NCBI GenBank assembly: GCA_020536535.1
Contig: JAHLWZ010000127.1
Coordinates: forward strand, 1 to 64,000
Direction of reading: 5' to 3'
From: Pelomyxa schiedti
Taxonomy: Eukaryota > Protista > Evosea
Length of the DNA: 64,000 nt
Shown here: positions 1-10,329 of the stretch, piece by piece
Layout of the letters: each line of letters opens with the position of its first letter
Position numbering within the stretch: the stretch's first letter is position 1
Notes under the pieces: model-generated
What the model saw: only the letters and a program-made list of their open reading frames with translations
What the model was told of the DNA's origin: nothing
Databases searched by the model: none
Position numbers and translations under genes: made by a program

Positions 1-599
1 CTTCAAGTAGTAGTATCTCACAGTGGTGTGCAATGAAACTATTCTACTATTCTCCCAATAATCGAATGTAGTAAATCAGGTTATAAAGAGGTAAAAGACC
101 AATACCGCAAGCCCAAGAGATAAACAGGAATGAAGACAGCAATTTCTCGCACAGTCGTACGGTGTGATAGTATTCCCAACAATACTCTAAACAATGATAG
201 AACAATGAGGAAAGAGATACTGTACTAGACGCAATCAAGTATGCAAGACTGTGTAATGAAAATACATGCGAGTGTTTTGTAAACGCTGTAAGTATTTAAC
301 CTAAGGAAAAACAAAGAAACCCACCAACTCGTGAAGAAAAAAACTCACGAAAACGAAACCCGAAAACGCTACGCACCCACGTGACACCCACATAAAACAA
401 TTGATAGGAGGGAATTAACCTGGGCTTGATGGTGTTGTTGATGGTGACGTTGCTCGAGTGGATTTGCTTTGTTTAGTATGTTTTTTGCTCTTATTTGCGC
501 TTTAAATGTTTTTCCCGAAGAAAAATTTCGAAATTTTTGCAACTGGGCCAGTAGCACAAAGGGGAAAAAAAAATGAAAAAGTACAAACAGGTACACTCA

Positions 600-2082
600 G
601 GGGTAGGTTCTCAGGGAGAACGGTCGAGTGTCCAATACGGGGCAGTGAAAGGGTAGTCACTCTCGGTGGTGGTTTTGCAGGAAAAATGGAGGCTGTTGTG
701 GTACGCTCTAGGGATGTTGGTCAACGGAATCGGGTCGAACAATAATTATAGGTTCTCTGGGTACCTCTCATTCCTTGTCGAAGTAGATGACAGGAGAGCA
801 TGTTTTGTTCCATTTTTCCTTCAAACAAGTCTGGGGTTGTAGTCACTAAGATGGATTCCTCTATGCCTGTGATGATTGTGGAAGTAATGACTGTTAGGCA
901 CACAGGAAACGCCAATGGGAGAAGGATCCTCCCTCATCACCTGTGTCTCACCCAACAGACACTCTGAGGATGCCCATATGTTGAGGAGCCCCTGTGATGT
1001 CACACTCCCGGGATGAACAACTGACACGTGACAGCACTGCTTACAGCTTCTACCTGCTTCCTTGAATCAAAACCTGTCATGTGAGGGTAGGATTCTTCTT
1101 GTTGTCTCGCCATTTCACAAACCTTGTGAAAAAAAAAAAAGAACGCCATTGTAGAATTCTTCATGAGTAGCACTTTTTTCTCAAAAAAGAGGGTATCCTG
1201 TGGTCCACCTTCTTCACCTGTGTCAATACTGCAACGGGGAAGTCCATAGGACCACAAATCGTCCCATATCGAACCATGAACCTATGAATATCGGCAAATG
1301 TTCATTGATTCCGATATAAGACGTGTGTAAAGGAAACCTATTGAGTGTACATGCTTAGACTGTCCCCAGAGGGGATGCTTAAGAGTCTCCCAGGAAGATA
1401 AAGCCAGATACTGTGGGTAAATACACAGGGAGGAGCATTACACTTCAAGAAGATTCATGTAATTCTTGCTCACGACAAGAACATGGCCATTCTATCCAAT
1501 TTGCAGGTAATTGTTGCTGTTGAATTGTATCCTTGTGGGAGTGAATTGAATTACTTCAATTGTGTCACTTTTTCTGCTACTAGCAGCCTTGCTAATTGTT
1601 TGCATTACTCGTTTGATGATGACTTCCATCTCAGTAGCCATATCCTTGAAAGTGCCTCTGATAAATACCCTCAGGCAGCAGTTCCCAACGAAGGAGTGTC
1701 TGTATGAGCACTCCTTCCTTTCCACTGAGTCGTTCAGCACGCGAGCGGGACTGTAGGAGTGGAATATTCACGAATTGGGCCTTTCACTGGTGGTTGATAA
1801 TTAGTGACGTTTCGACAAGCCGCTGTACCGAGTACCAACTTAGTTCGTAGCTTAACTTTCTTGTTCCTACACTAAGGTCACAAAATATTCCTTTCGAAGA
1901 ATTCCTTTCAACATAACCGAACGAAACTGGGCGTGTTGAGGCACTATCGTAATTCTCGTGCGTGTGTCGGCCGCCCGTCGTCTTATCGACTGCCGTGGCG
2001 TCAATTCTCGCGGGACTGTTTTTCTGCGGCTCTCGACGTATGAGAACCAGCGGTGAGGTAGCCTACTTTCTCGTGTAGACAC
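600..2082 (-). CDS. Uncharacterised multi-exon protein (boundaries approximate)
   Basis: Minus-strand ORF fragments (1867-2082, 1492-1740, 1000-1257, 821-1027, 721-915) can be joined across GT-AG introns, e.g. ...KSDTIE|NGHVLVVSKNYMNLLE|YLALSSWETLKHPLWGQSKH|VHGSIWDDLWSYGLPRCSIDTGEEGG. No family recognised. Confidence 0.45.
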
Positions 2083-2364
2083 AAGTTCAATTATGGGAGA
2101 CCCAAACTGAAACCACTCGCTCAGCCCTTGGCCCTATTGGGCTCTACGTTTGGTCACACCCTCCGTCATCATCAAATGAGGCCACGGCTCTGGAGCCATG
2201 CGGACTGGGCCACGATTTGCACTAATGGGATTACGTCGCCCTCTGTCTCCAGGTGCCAGTGTGTCAGTGTGGAAATCTCCAGCCTTAAACTAAAACCCCG
2301 GCACACTTGCCAATCAAGATCCAGATGGATGCCAAATCACAAATAAAACAAAACCCAAGACAAG

Positions 2365-2968
2365 ATGATGATGCCATACTCGTGGGTATATGTGGACGGA
2401 CTAGTGGACGGCACGACAAAGGAAACGATAGAGAATGCCATGACAGCGGTGAAAGAACGCCTGCAGTCTGAACACAACGTCTCACTTGGGTATCGGGCCG
2501 TTTTTTTTTTCCCTCCCACCTTGGTTTCAGTAATAAACCTAACACCACCACAGCCCTTATCTGATAAAAGACGTCATAAAGCCCCGAAGACGACGAACCG
2601 CTCATAAACACGTCTGGGTTGGATTCGTGAGAAACTCGGACGCCCAGTGTTTGATTACCCTCGGGACCCTTCCTTACCATGTACTGGACAATACAACAAA
2701 TCCGCCGTGCCAGAATGAGCTATTAGCCAATGTCATTGAGAAGGACAGCCCACCAGCCGACATGTTCGTGGTTCATGCCTCAGAGCCTCCCAGCGATGCG
2801 CTGTCGCCCTCTCCCTCGCCAATTGCTGCTATGCATGAGCCCATAACAACACCAGTTCTCCCCGTTCCTGGGACCATGACTGGGGCAACTGCAACAACAA
2901 CAAGCAGCAGCACCACTAGTTGCACTTCCTACACAGTAGACGAGAATGGCGTTATTACCATTGACTGA
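2365..2968 (+). CDS. Small divergent RRM-like protein with Pro/Thr-rich tail
   Basis: Two exons (ORF 2365 spliced into ORF 2627..2968 frame) give YSWVYVDGLVDGTTKETIENAM...LGPYLIKDVIKPRRRRTAHKHVWVGFVRNSDAQCLI. VYVDGL resembles RNP2 and HVWVGF resembles RNP1. Confidence 0.5.
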
Positions 2969-3142
2969 TTCTCGTTGCACAACTGAAAACAACACCCGGG
3001 TTTTTTTGAGTTCGCCTTTCCGCACGCCAGTGTTCAATCGCGAGATGGGAATCTTGGAAAGATGTTCAAGAAACCCCGGATGGGCGCACGTGTCCGATCG
3101 GCTTTTACAAGTCAAGAACAAACGAAAAAAAGAAAGGAAAAA

Positions 3143-4902
3143 ATGGAACGCCTTTCGTCGCTGGTGGGAACAACCAAGGGGAAGATCCTCGTCACAGTAG
3201 TGTCCGTGGCAGCAGTATCCATCTTCCTTGTTCTCGTTGTAGTGGTGCCCGCCGCTGTCGTAACTGCCAACAAAAACGACGGCGACGGCAGCAACACCAT
3301 CAGATCTGACGACCCTCCAGACGACGGCACTACTACGAGAAAGTTGGGCGTATCTGGCACCGGGCTGGTTTGGCCCACAAATGACGGCGATGGAGACGAT
3401 GCAGTTTTTCTGAGCGGGCTCAATCAAGCATGGCTCGACTACGGTAATGATTTTGGGAACAACCAGCAAATATCGACTTACTGCAGGCAGAAACAGACGC
3501 TGTCAAATCTGTCTGTACGTGATACTCATTATCTTATATGTCTGTTTCATGAAGTACGTTAATTACCAACACAAACTACAGAGAGTGGGTGGGAACTCTC
3601 TTAGATACTGGCTCTTTGTGGAGGGATATTACATTCCAGAGTTCGACTCGAATGGCTATGTAACTGGAACAGATTCGGCTGATTCCCTCATTTCCGGCAA
3701 GTTCCACAGAACAGACTTTGTGTCCTTCCTAAAATTTCACAGATTTGAGGAGGTATATATGGGCTGCTCAGGAACAGGGCATAGTTATCAACTTTTGTTT
3801 GTGGAATGGTGCAGTTCTGAGCAACCAGAAGGCTATCAATTTATTTTGGGATACTGACAAGTACTGTCACGGCAGGGTGGGAGGGGTCAATAAACGACAA
3901 CATCTTAACAACCCAGGCTTCAATCATTCATCGATAATGCTCTGATTCCCATTGTTACTGCCCTCTCGAATGAAACCGCGATAATGGCCTGGGAGATAAT
4001 TAATGAGCCTGAGGGATCAGTTCAAATTGGATCTGATTCCGAAGCCTGTTTTGATACTACCCCGTTATCGGTATTTTCCTTTCATCACTTCTTAAAAGAG
4101 ATCATGCTCTTATAAATGTCAGGGTAGTGGTGCTGGGTGGACAGGAGTGAATCTGCCAATGAGGAACATACTTCAGTTCATCAGCATGCAAGCATCTGCC
4201 ATTCACACTGCAGACCCAAAGGCCCTGGTTACTGTAGGTTTGTGCCTTACAGTTCTTTTTTTTTTTTCTCACCGAGTTTACCAGGCACGTGGTCAGAAAA
4301 GTCTGCAACAGATAACTGGGGATACCGAAACTACTACAAGGATGAGTGCTTGAATAGATTTGGACTGTCTGACTCCACTATCGACTTCTATCAAATCCAT
4401 ACTTATGACTGGGGCGGGCAATGGAACGCACATTCACCATTTGTTCACAACAAGGAAGACTTCGCAGTACGAGCTTGGTGCTAATACTTTTGTCTAATAT
4501 CTTCACAGCTTGATAAACCACTCGTAATCGGAGAATTTGACGAGGAGAATGGTGTGTACCCGAAACCTTTCATTTGAGTCTCACGCGTACTCAGGCGGGG
4601 GAATGACAATTGAATCCTTGTATGACTATGCCTTACAACACGGATACGATGGGGCCTGGGCCTGGACAGCAGAAGAACCACAAAACTTTGATGGCGTTGG
4701 CGCACTGGCGGGAGAGCCAACAGTGGATGCCATCAGCATGCAGCCCATCACAGTGCAAGAAGACTGCAGCCAGACTTGCAGTGATGTTCCGCCTTCCACA
4801 GACTACACATGTGCACAACAAGCCTCTTGGGAGAAATGTGACGAATCGTGGATGCAGGGTTACTGTTGTTTTTCATGTGAAGCTTGCCAAGGTTGCACCT
4901 AA
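3143..4902 (+). CDS. GH5 endo-beta-1,4-mannanase (subfamily 10-like) with N-terminal signal anchor and C-terminal Cys-rich module
   Basis: Motifs FLSGLNQAWLDYGNDFGNN, GGNSLRYWLFVEG..PEFDSNGYVTG, FCLWNGA, WEIINEPEG (acid/base Glu, ~3990-4018), GSGAGW, FYQIHTYDW and KPLVIGEF (nucleophile) match mollusc-type GH5_10 mannanases. Hydrophobic ILVTVVSVAAVSIFLVLVVVVPAAVV near the N-terminus. C-terminus CSDVPPSTDYTCAQQASWEKCDESWMQGYCCFSCEACQGC. Confidence 0.92.
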
Positions 4903-4986
4903 CACCCAGCAACTTTTACTCCCAAAAAATGAGAAACAAAAAATGGGTAAAAATAAGGCTTCTTTTGTTACAAAATGACTTCCGGG

Positions 4987-7499
4987 TTAAACAATCTGTA
5001 GCTGGACTGCTACATAGTTGCTGTAGCCTTGGTCAGACTCTGCAACCAAAATGAGGTTGGCCACTGTTCCTTGTGGTGATTCATGGGTGCTAACACTTAA
5101 GTCAAACTCCACAACTTTGCCAGGGCACGTCAACTGACATGGAGTAACGAGCTCCGCGGTTATTGTGGGCTCAGTGATTGTGGCTGTAAGGCACACGGTG
5201 CCGCAATTTGCACTATCCGAGACTGATACAAATGAGGGAATGATCTTTGCAGACTTTGTTGGTGCAAGAACGTAGTAGGAGCCATAGACGGCTATGTTCA
5301 TCATCTGTGGGAATCCTGCCCATATGAAGACCCGGGAGAAGGGCGCGGAATCCACTTCTCCATAGACATCGAACACGAAGGGTTCGGCTGGGAAGGTGGC
5401 ATTCACCTATGTTGGTTGTTAGCGATTGGTTACGGAAATGTGTAGAGCCCACATAGTATTCAGTGCCATCTGATGTCAGCGGGAGCTCCATACGCGAATC
5501 GTCCTGGAATTGGAGAGAGCACAGCAAAGAATCCAAAATACTTGTCTGCGCAGAGTGGAGTCTCATGATGGCATAGTACTGGCTATAGCCATACAGAGGC
5601 TCACCATTAATTACAGCATAGCCAGGATGGGCTGGTGATAAATTGTCCAGGGCAAACTCGAAGAAAACCCCAAGACTTGATATTCCTTCTGCTATCAGGG
5701 ACACAGGGCAATCTGAGTTAAGTGCTATTTTCCACTGCCCAGGGTCTGGGTTTGATAGCTGTACCAATGTCCACCCATCGCTCACGTGGTATGTGCCAGC
5801 CGGATTTCCCCGTGGGTCGTATACAGTAATGGATTGGTTAGCTGATGCGCACTCACTTAAAGGAGTAACAGTAACGCTGGCTTCAGTGAGAGTAGGATCG
5901 ACAGTAAACGTATAATTGTGCGAACCAACGGATAAGTTAGGCTCATATAAAAGCATGCAAGTGTTTGCTGAAGTTGCAGAACTCATTACAATTTCCTTGA
6001 ACATAGAAACTGTCACTGCTCGAGAACAAAGGCTTGTGCCACCACTGGCAGTGGAGAGCTTCGACCAAATGCCGTTAGATGCGCCAGGAGCAAAAATGAA
6101 TAGTCGTTGCAGCTTCGAAGTGGTGGAGTACATGAGAGGCTTCAGTAGTTCGGCGTCTGTAGGCTCCGAATCAGTGAACAAGAACAGAGATGAACTTCGT
6201 GGTGCCCTTGACGATGCTGCAAAGAGGGCAGCAACAGAGGCCTTTGAGGGCTCCTCAGAGGTTGTAATCCTTGAAAGTTCTTCCAGGAAAATTGAAACTG
6301 ACGGCGTCCTGTAGAATGTAAGACATATAGTTGGAGTGTGAAGAAAATCGCACGAGAGTTGAAGCTTCACTGAGTCACTAAAAGTTATTAGAACAAAAAG
6401 ACTGAATCGTCTCTCCTGTGCTAAAACTTGTATCTCGTGTTTGACTGTTTGATTGTTTAGTGGAACAAAATCGTAAATTATTCAGTACTTGTTTCAATCA
6501 TCTCCGCCATGTGTTTAGAAGTGTCAATAGCAACAGCAAGCGTAGTTTCTACCCCCAGTAATGCGCCAAAAGCTTCGTCGCCAACTTCTGACCGAATTTC
6601 TTCTAGAAATTTCACTGAGGCATCTGCTGCAATGTCTGCTGCGAGAAGGTGCAGAGTAAGGTGAGGTGAAAAACTATCCCAGAGCGAATCTTTGTTTATT
6701 CCGCCCTGGTAATGCGCAATACAATAAATTAGTCGTAGTGGAAAGAAGTACAGAAACTTGCCTTGGGTACGATATCGGCACTTTTATCGGTGGATCCCCC
6801 ATGACTGCATTTCACACCTTCAGTCTTTACTTTGTCCTCTCCAGAATAATATCCGGTTGTAACGTGATCTGTCACCAAATTTCCCTCACAACCAGATGCA
6901 TCAGCACAGTCACTGTTTTAATGGAATAAGAATTCCCGAAAGAACGAACTAAAATAAAGAGACACGAACCTGCAAGTGATTTCATCTGCAGCGGCGCCCA
7001 AGTCGCCCAAATCGCAGCCATCAACACCCAGGCAGTCACACGGCGTAGAGTGATCTAGCTCCACCCAGTTTGAATGAGCATAAAAGTCCTGCAGTGTGTG
7101 CAAGGCAGCACCCACCGGCACACGCGCATCGCTGCCGGCAAGAAGATCACAAATGGCAGCGTGCTTGTATGACAGAATGAGGTGCTGTGCTTCATCTAAC
7201 GCCTCTCCGTCCACATGCAGACGCGCTGTTGTCTGATCACCGTCAACCTCGGTGTTTGCATCACAAATCTCACCCAGGGCATCCTTTTGCGAGCGTCCTA
7301 GGTTGGAAATACCGAAGTAAGACTCCAGAACTTGCAGGATAGCCGTCTCAGTAATAGCGTAGTGGGTCTCTGACCCCGACGTGTATTGCCAGTTTGGCCA
7401 AAATGCGGCCGCCCTGTGCATGCATACGCAGATGCATAACAATGTTACTAGACCAAGCGAAGATCCAGCTGTACTCAACAGTGAGCCACACCGCACCAT
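4987..7499 (-). CDS. VWA7-like secreted protein (Het-C/Zn-phospholipase C-like domain + vWA + Ig-like C-terminus)
   Basis: Signal peptide, then THYAITE, LHVDGE and LHTLQDFYAHSNWVEL (VWA7/Het-C signature). vWA strands LAVAIDTSKHM (~6500-6550) and SSLFLFTDSEPTD. Beta-rich C-terminal region. Confidence 0.85.
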
Positions 7500-7756
7500 T
7501 GATAGTCGATTTAATTTAAATAAAAGAAATGATTGACACCTTAACTATTTCAAACGGCCGTTTGTGCTGCCCGTTTGCGGTTGGCAACTTTTTTTTTGTT
7601 CGACTAGCACGAAACGAGATCTTTGGCATTGTGCGTTTTTTTTGTTGTTTCTTGCCGCGATACGAGAAAAACTCTTTCAGGAAAAGAAAAGTCTTCTGAA
7701 CGTGGGGAATTAGTGGGGTTCCATTATTGGTTGTTCAACAAAGGGATGGCCACCCC

Positions 7757-10179
7757 TCACTCTTTCTCTGACTCTGGGAACTTGGCAACAAATGGTCCTG
7801 AGGGCTGGTGGTAAGTGCTAATTTTTTTTTTGGTTGTAAAAGTGGCCTGTTTCAAACCTTCTGGATAGAACTCGGCATTTATCATTTTGCCAGCAAACCA
7901 CCTGTGGTTAAGTGCGGATATGGCTTTGTGTGCCGCGGATATCTCTGCGAACCTCACATAGACATGCCCTTGTGATTGTTTATCGACGTGAATGTACCGC
8001 ACTGTTCCACATTTGCCGCACTCTTCCATAACATCCTCCCGTATTTCCTGGTCAAAATCAGGCGCGTCTTCCCTGTGTTGACGGGGTCAGGGTACATCAA
8101 AAATCAAAAAAAGGCTCAAGAAATACCTTGCTGGGTCAAACATGTTCTTCAACAAAATGCAGGGAGAGGGAGTTGTAGCAGCAAGTCCAGCGGTTGCTGT
8201 AACAGTTGGACCAATTGGGAGGTTCGCGGGGATTGTGGGAGGAACACCTGGAAGTCCACCCGAAAACTGTATTTTTGATATCAGTGAGTGTGGTCAGATA
8301 AGGAATTGTTCAAAGATGTTTACAGGAGTTGGAATTTGAAGGCCATCAGGTTCTCCTCTCTGGAGTTTCAGCATCAAGAGTGCTCTTGATTGTGCATTCA
8401 GTGCAAGACCTCCACCGTCTAGAGATCATAAAGGAGAAGGGGAGTAAAAGGTCGATTTATTGATGTCACACGGGGTTAGTGTGAAGAAATAATCATCTGT
8501 GGTGATTTGTGTGACTTGGTTTTTTGTTTGATTGGTTTTATATAAGCTTATCAAGAAAATTAGTTATAGTCAAGTTTGTGCCCTCCCAGCTTTATTTCTG
8601 TGTTTACTTATTTCTATTGTTGTTCGAGTGTGCAGTGGTATAAAAACGAGTTACCATCATCATCAAGTTCCCCCAGCATGCCCATGGTTTGCCCGGAGCT
8701 CTCATTAACAAGCCCAACTTTGAGGGGTCGTCCAGCCAACTCGAGTCCATTAATATTTTGAAGTGCTTTCTTGGCATCTTCTCCACGTTTGTACCTGAAC
8801 ATAGCAAGAAATTGAGGGAAAAGTATTAAGGTGTGGTTGAGGAAAAAAGGTGTATGAGGTTTGTCCATAGCAATGTGAAACAACGTACTGTACAAAAGCA
8901 AAACCCTTAGATCTGTTGGTCTCGGGGTCAATATGCAAATTGATAAAATCTATCTCACCAAAAGGGGCGAAAATCATCCTCAAGTCTTCCTCAGATATGT
9001 TGTAGTGCAGTGAGCCAACATACAGCCTTGTTGGACCACTGAATGCTGTAGTTGTTGTTGTGGTGGTACTTGGATGTGTTAGCGCAATTGAGAGCTACAT
9101 TTACTCACGTGGCCATTTTATTTTTTTCTGATTGAGTGATTTGGACAATAACTGGTTGACCTTTAAGAGGTTGCCCTGACAAAGATAGTGCTGCAGGAAT
9201 CGAATCCGTTGTATCATATTCTACATATCCGAAGCTTGGAAGTAACATAATTGAGTTGGTAATAGCTAATATCCACCCTGAAATGAAAGCTTACCCTTTG
9301 GACTTTCGTGAGTTCCTATCAGATATTAATTGTAAATCCACGACTTTCCCAGCCTTCTCAAAGAAGGCCCATATCTCCTTCTCAGAAGCTCTTATAGGTA
9401 AGTTACCAGCAAAAACCGTTCTGGCGTCCCTTTCAGCATCACGTAATTCCCTTTCTATGAAGATCTAAGAAAGTTCTCATATTCTGAGGAGAGTACCTCT
9501 TCTTTCAGCTTCAGTTTCTGGTTTCTCCGGGTCCTTTGGCTTGTTTCTATCTCGAAATCTAGCACCATAACTGTCCCTTTCTGGCCCGGACCTATCTCGG
9601 CCCCTCTCCCTGTCCCTATCCCTCTCTCGTTCACGGTCAACCCTCTCCCTTTTGTCGCGATCTTTATCCAGGGTGTCCTTTAAAACTGGAGTGCCTGTAG
9701 CAGCTGCATTATCGGAGGTACTACGGTAAAACCAATCGTTAATGGAAATAAGCAAGGACTCCGAAGTGGGAGGGGACTGTACATTGGTTTCCCAGGAGAG
9801 TGTGAACGTTTGCTTCTTGGAGAGTGTGACTTTGACCTGCTCTTTGATCTTCCACAGAGTGAGAAACAAGACTATAACAACAACAACAACAACAACAAAA
9901 AAAAAAAAAAAAAAAAAAAGCGAACCTGCGGTGATGCCTATGACTCCTCCTATCCCTATCTCTATCCCTATCCCTGTCCCTGTCCCTGTCCCTCCTATCG
10001 CGATCGTGCTCCCTATCTCTGTCCCTTCGGCCTCGCTCGTGGGCGGCCGCCTCCTCGGTCCTGCCTGGCGCCGGGCCCGACGCCGACGTAGCGCTCGTTA
10101 TCGTCGGGGCTTGCGCGGCCGCGGGCTGTTGCGGGTGTTGCAGCGCCGAGTCGAGGAGCTTCTCCACGTCGTCTTCCAT
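7757..10179 (-). CDS. RBM39: RBM39/CAPER-like splicing factor (RD/RS region + 3 RRMs, last one UHM)
   Basis: MEDDVEKLLDSAL start and RD/RS repeats. RRM1 RTVFAGNLPIRASEKEIWAFFEKAGKV. RRM2 IFAPFGEIDFINLHIDPETNRSKGFAFVQY. UHM EECGKCGTVRYIHVDKQSQGHVYVRF...ALNHRWFAGKMINAEF. Confidence 0.9.
9876..9918. repeat. Intronic (AAC)n microsatellite followed by poly-A (poly-T on the coding strand)
   Basis: aacaacaacaac... followed by an A run, inside the first intron of the RBM39-like gene. Confidence 0.85.
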
Positions 10180-10329
10180 CTGTCCCACAAACCTTGAGGC
10201 GAAAAAAATAATCAAAGATCTACTCGAATCACGAACGACGAAAAAAAAAAGGAGGGGAAAGAAAAATGTGGACAAAAGCAACTGCGGGGCTATGTTTTGG
10301 CTTGTGTTACAGTTATTCCTGCCTGCTCA

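Noticed and set aside
1-470. Possible minus-strand membrane-protein fragment (ORFs 47..238, 369..596)
   Set aside because: No consistent splice model or motif could be established.
9742-10197. Plus-strand ORFs with IP/VP dipeptide repeats
   Set aside because: They are antisense shadows of the RD-repeat region of RBM39.
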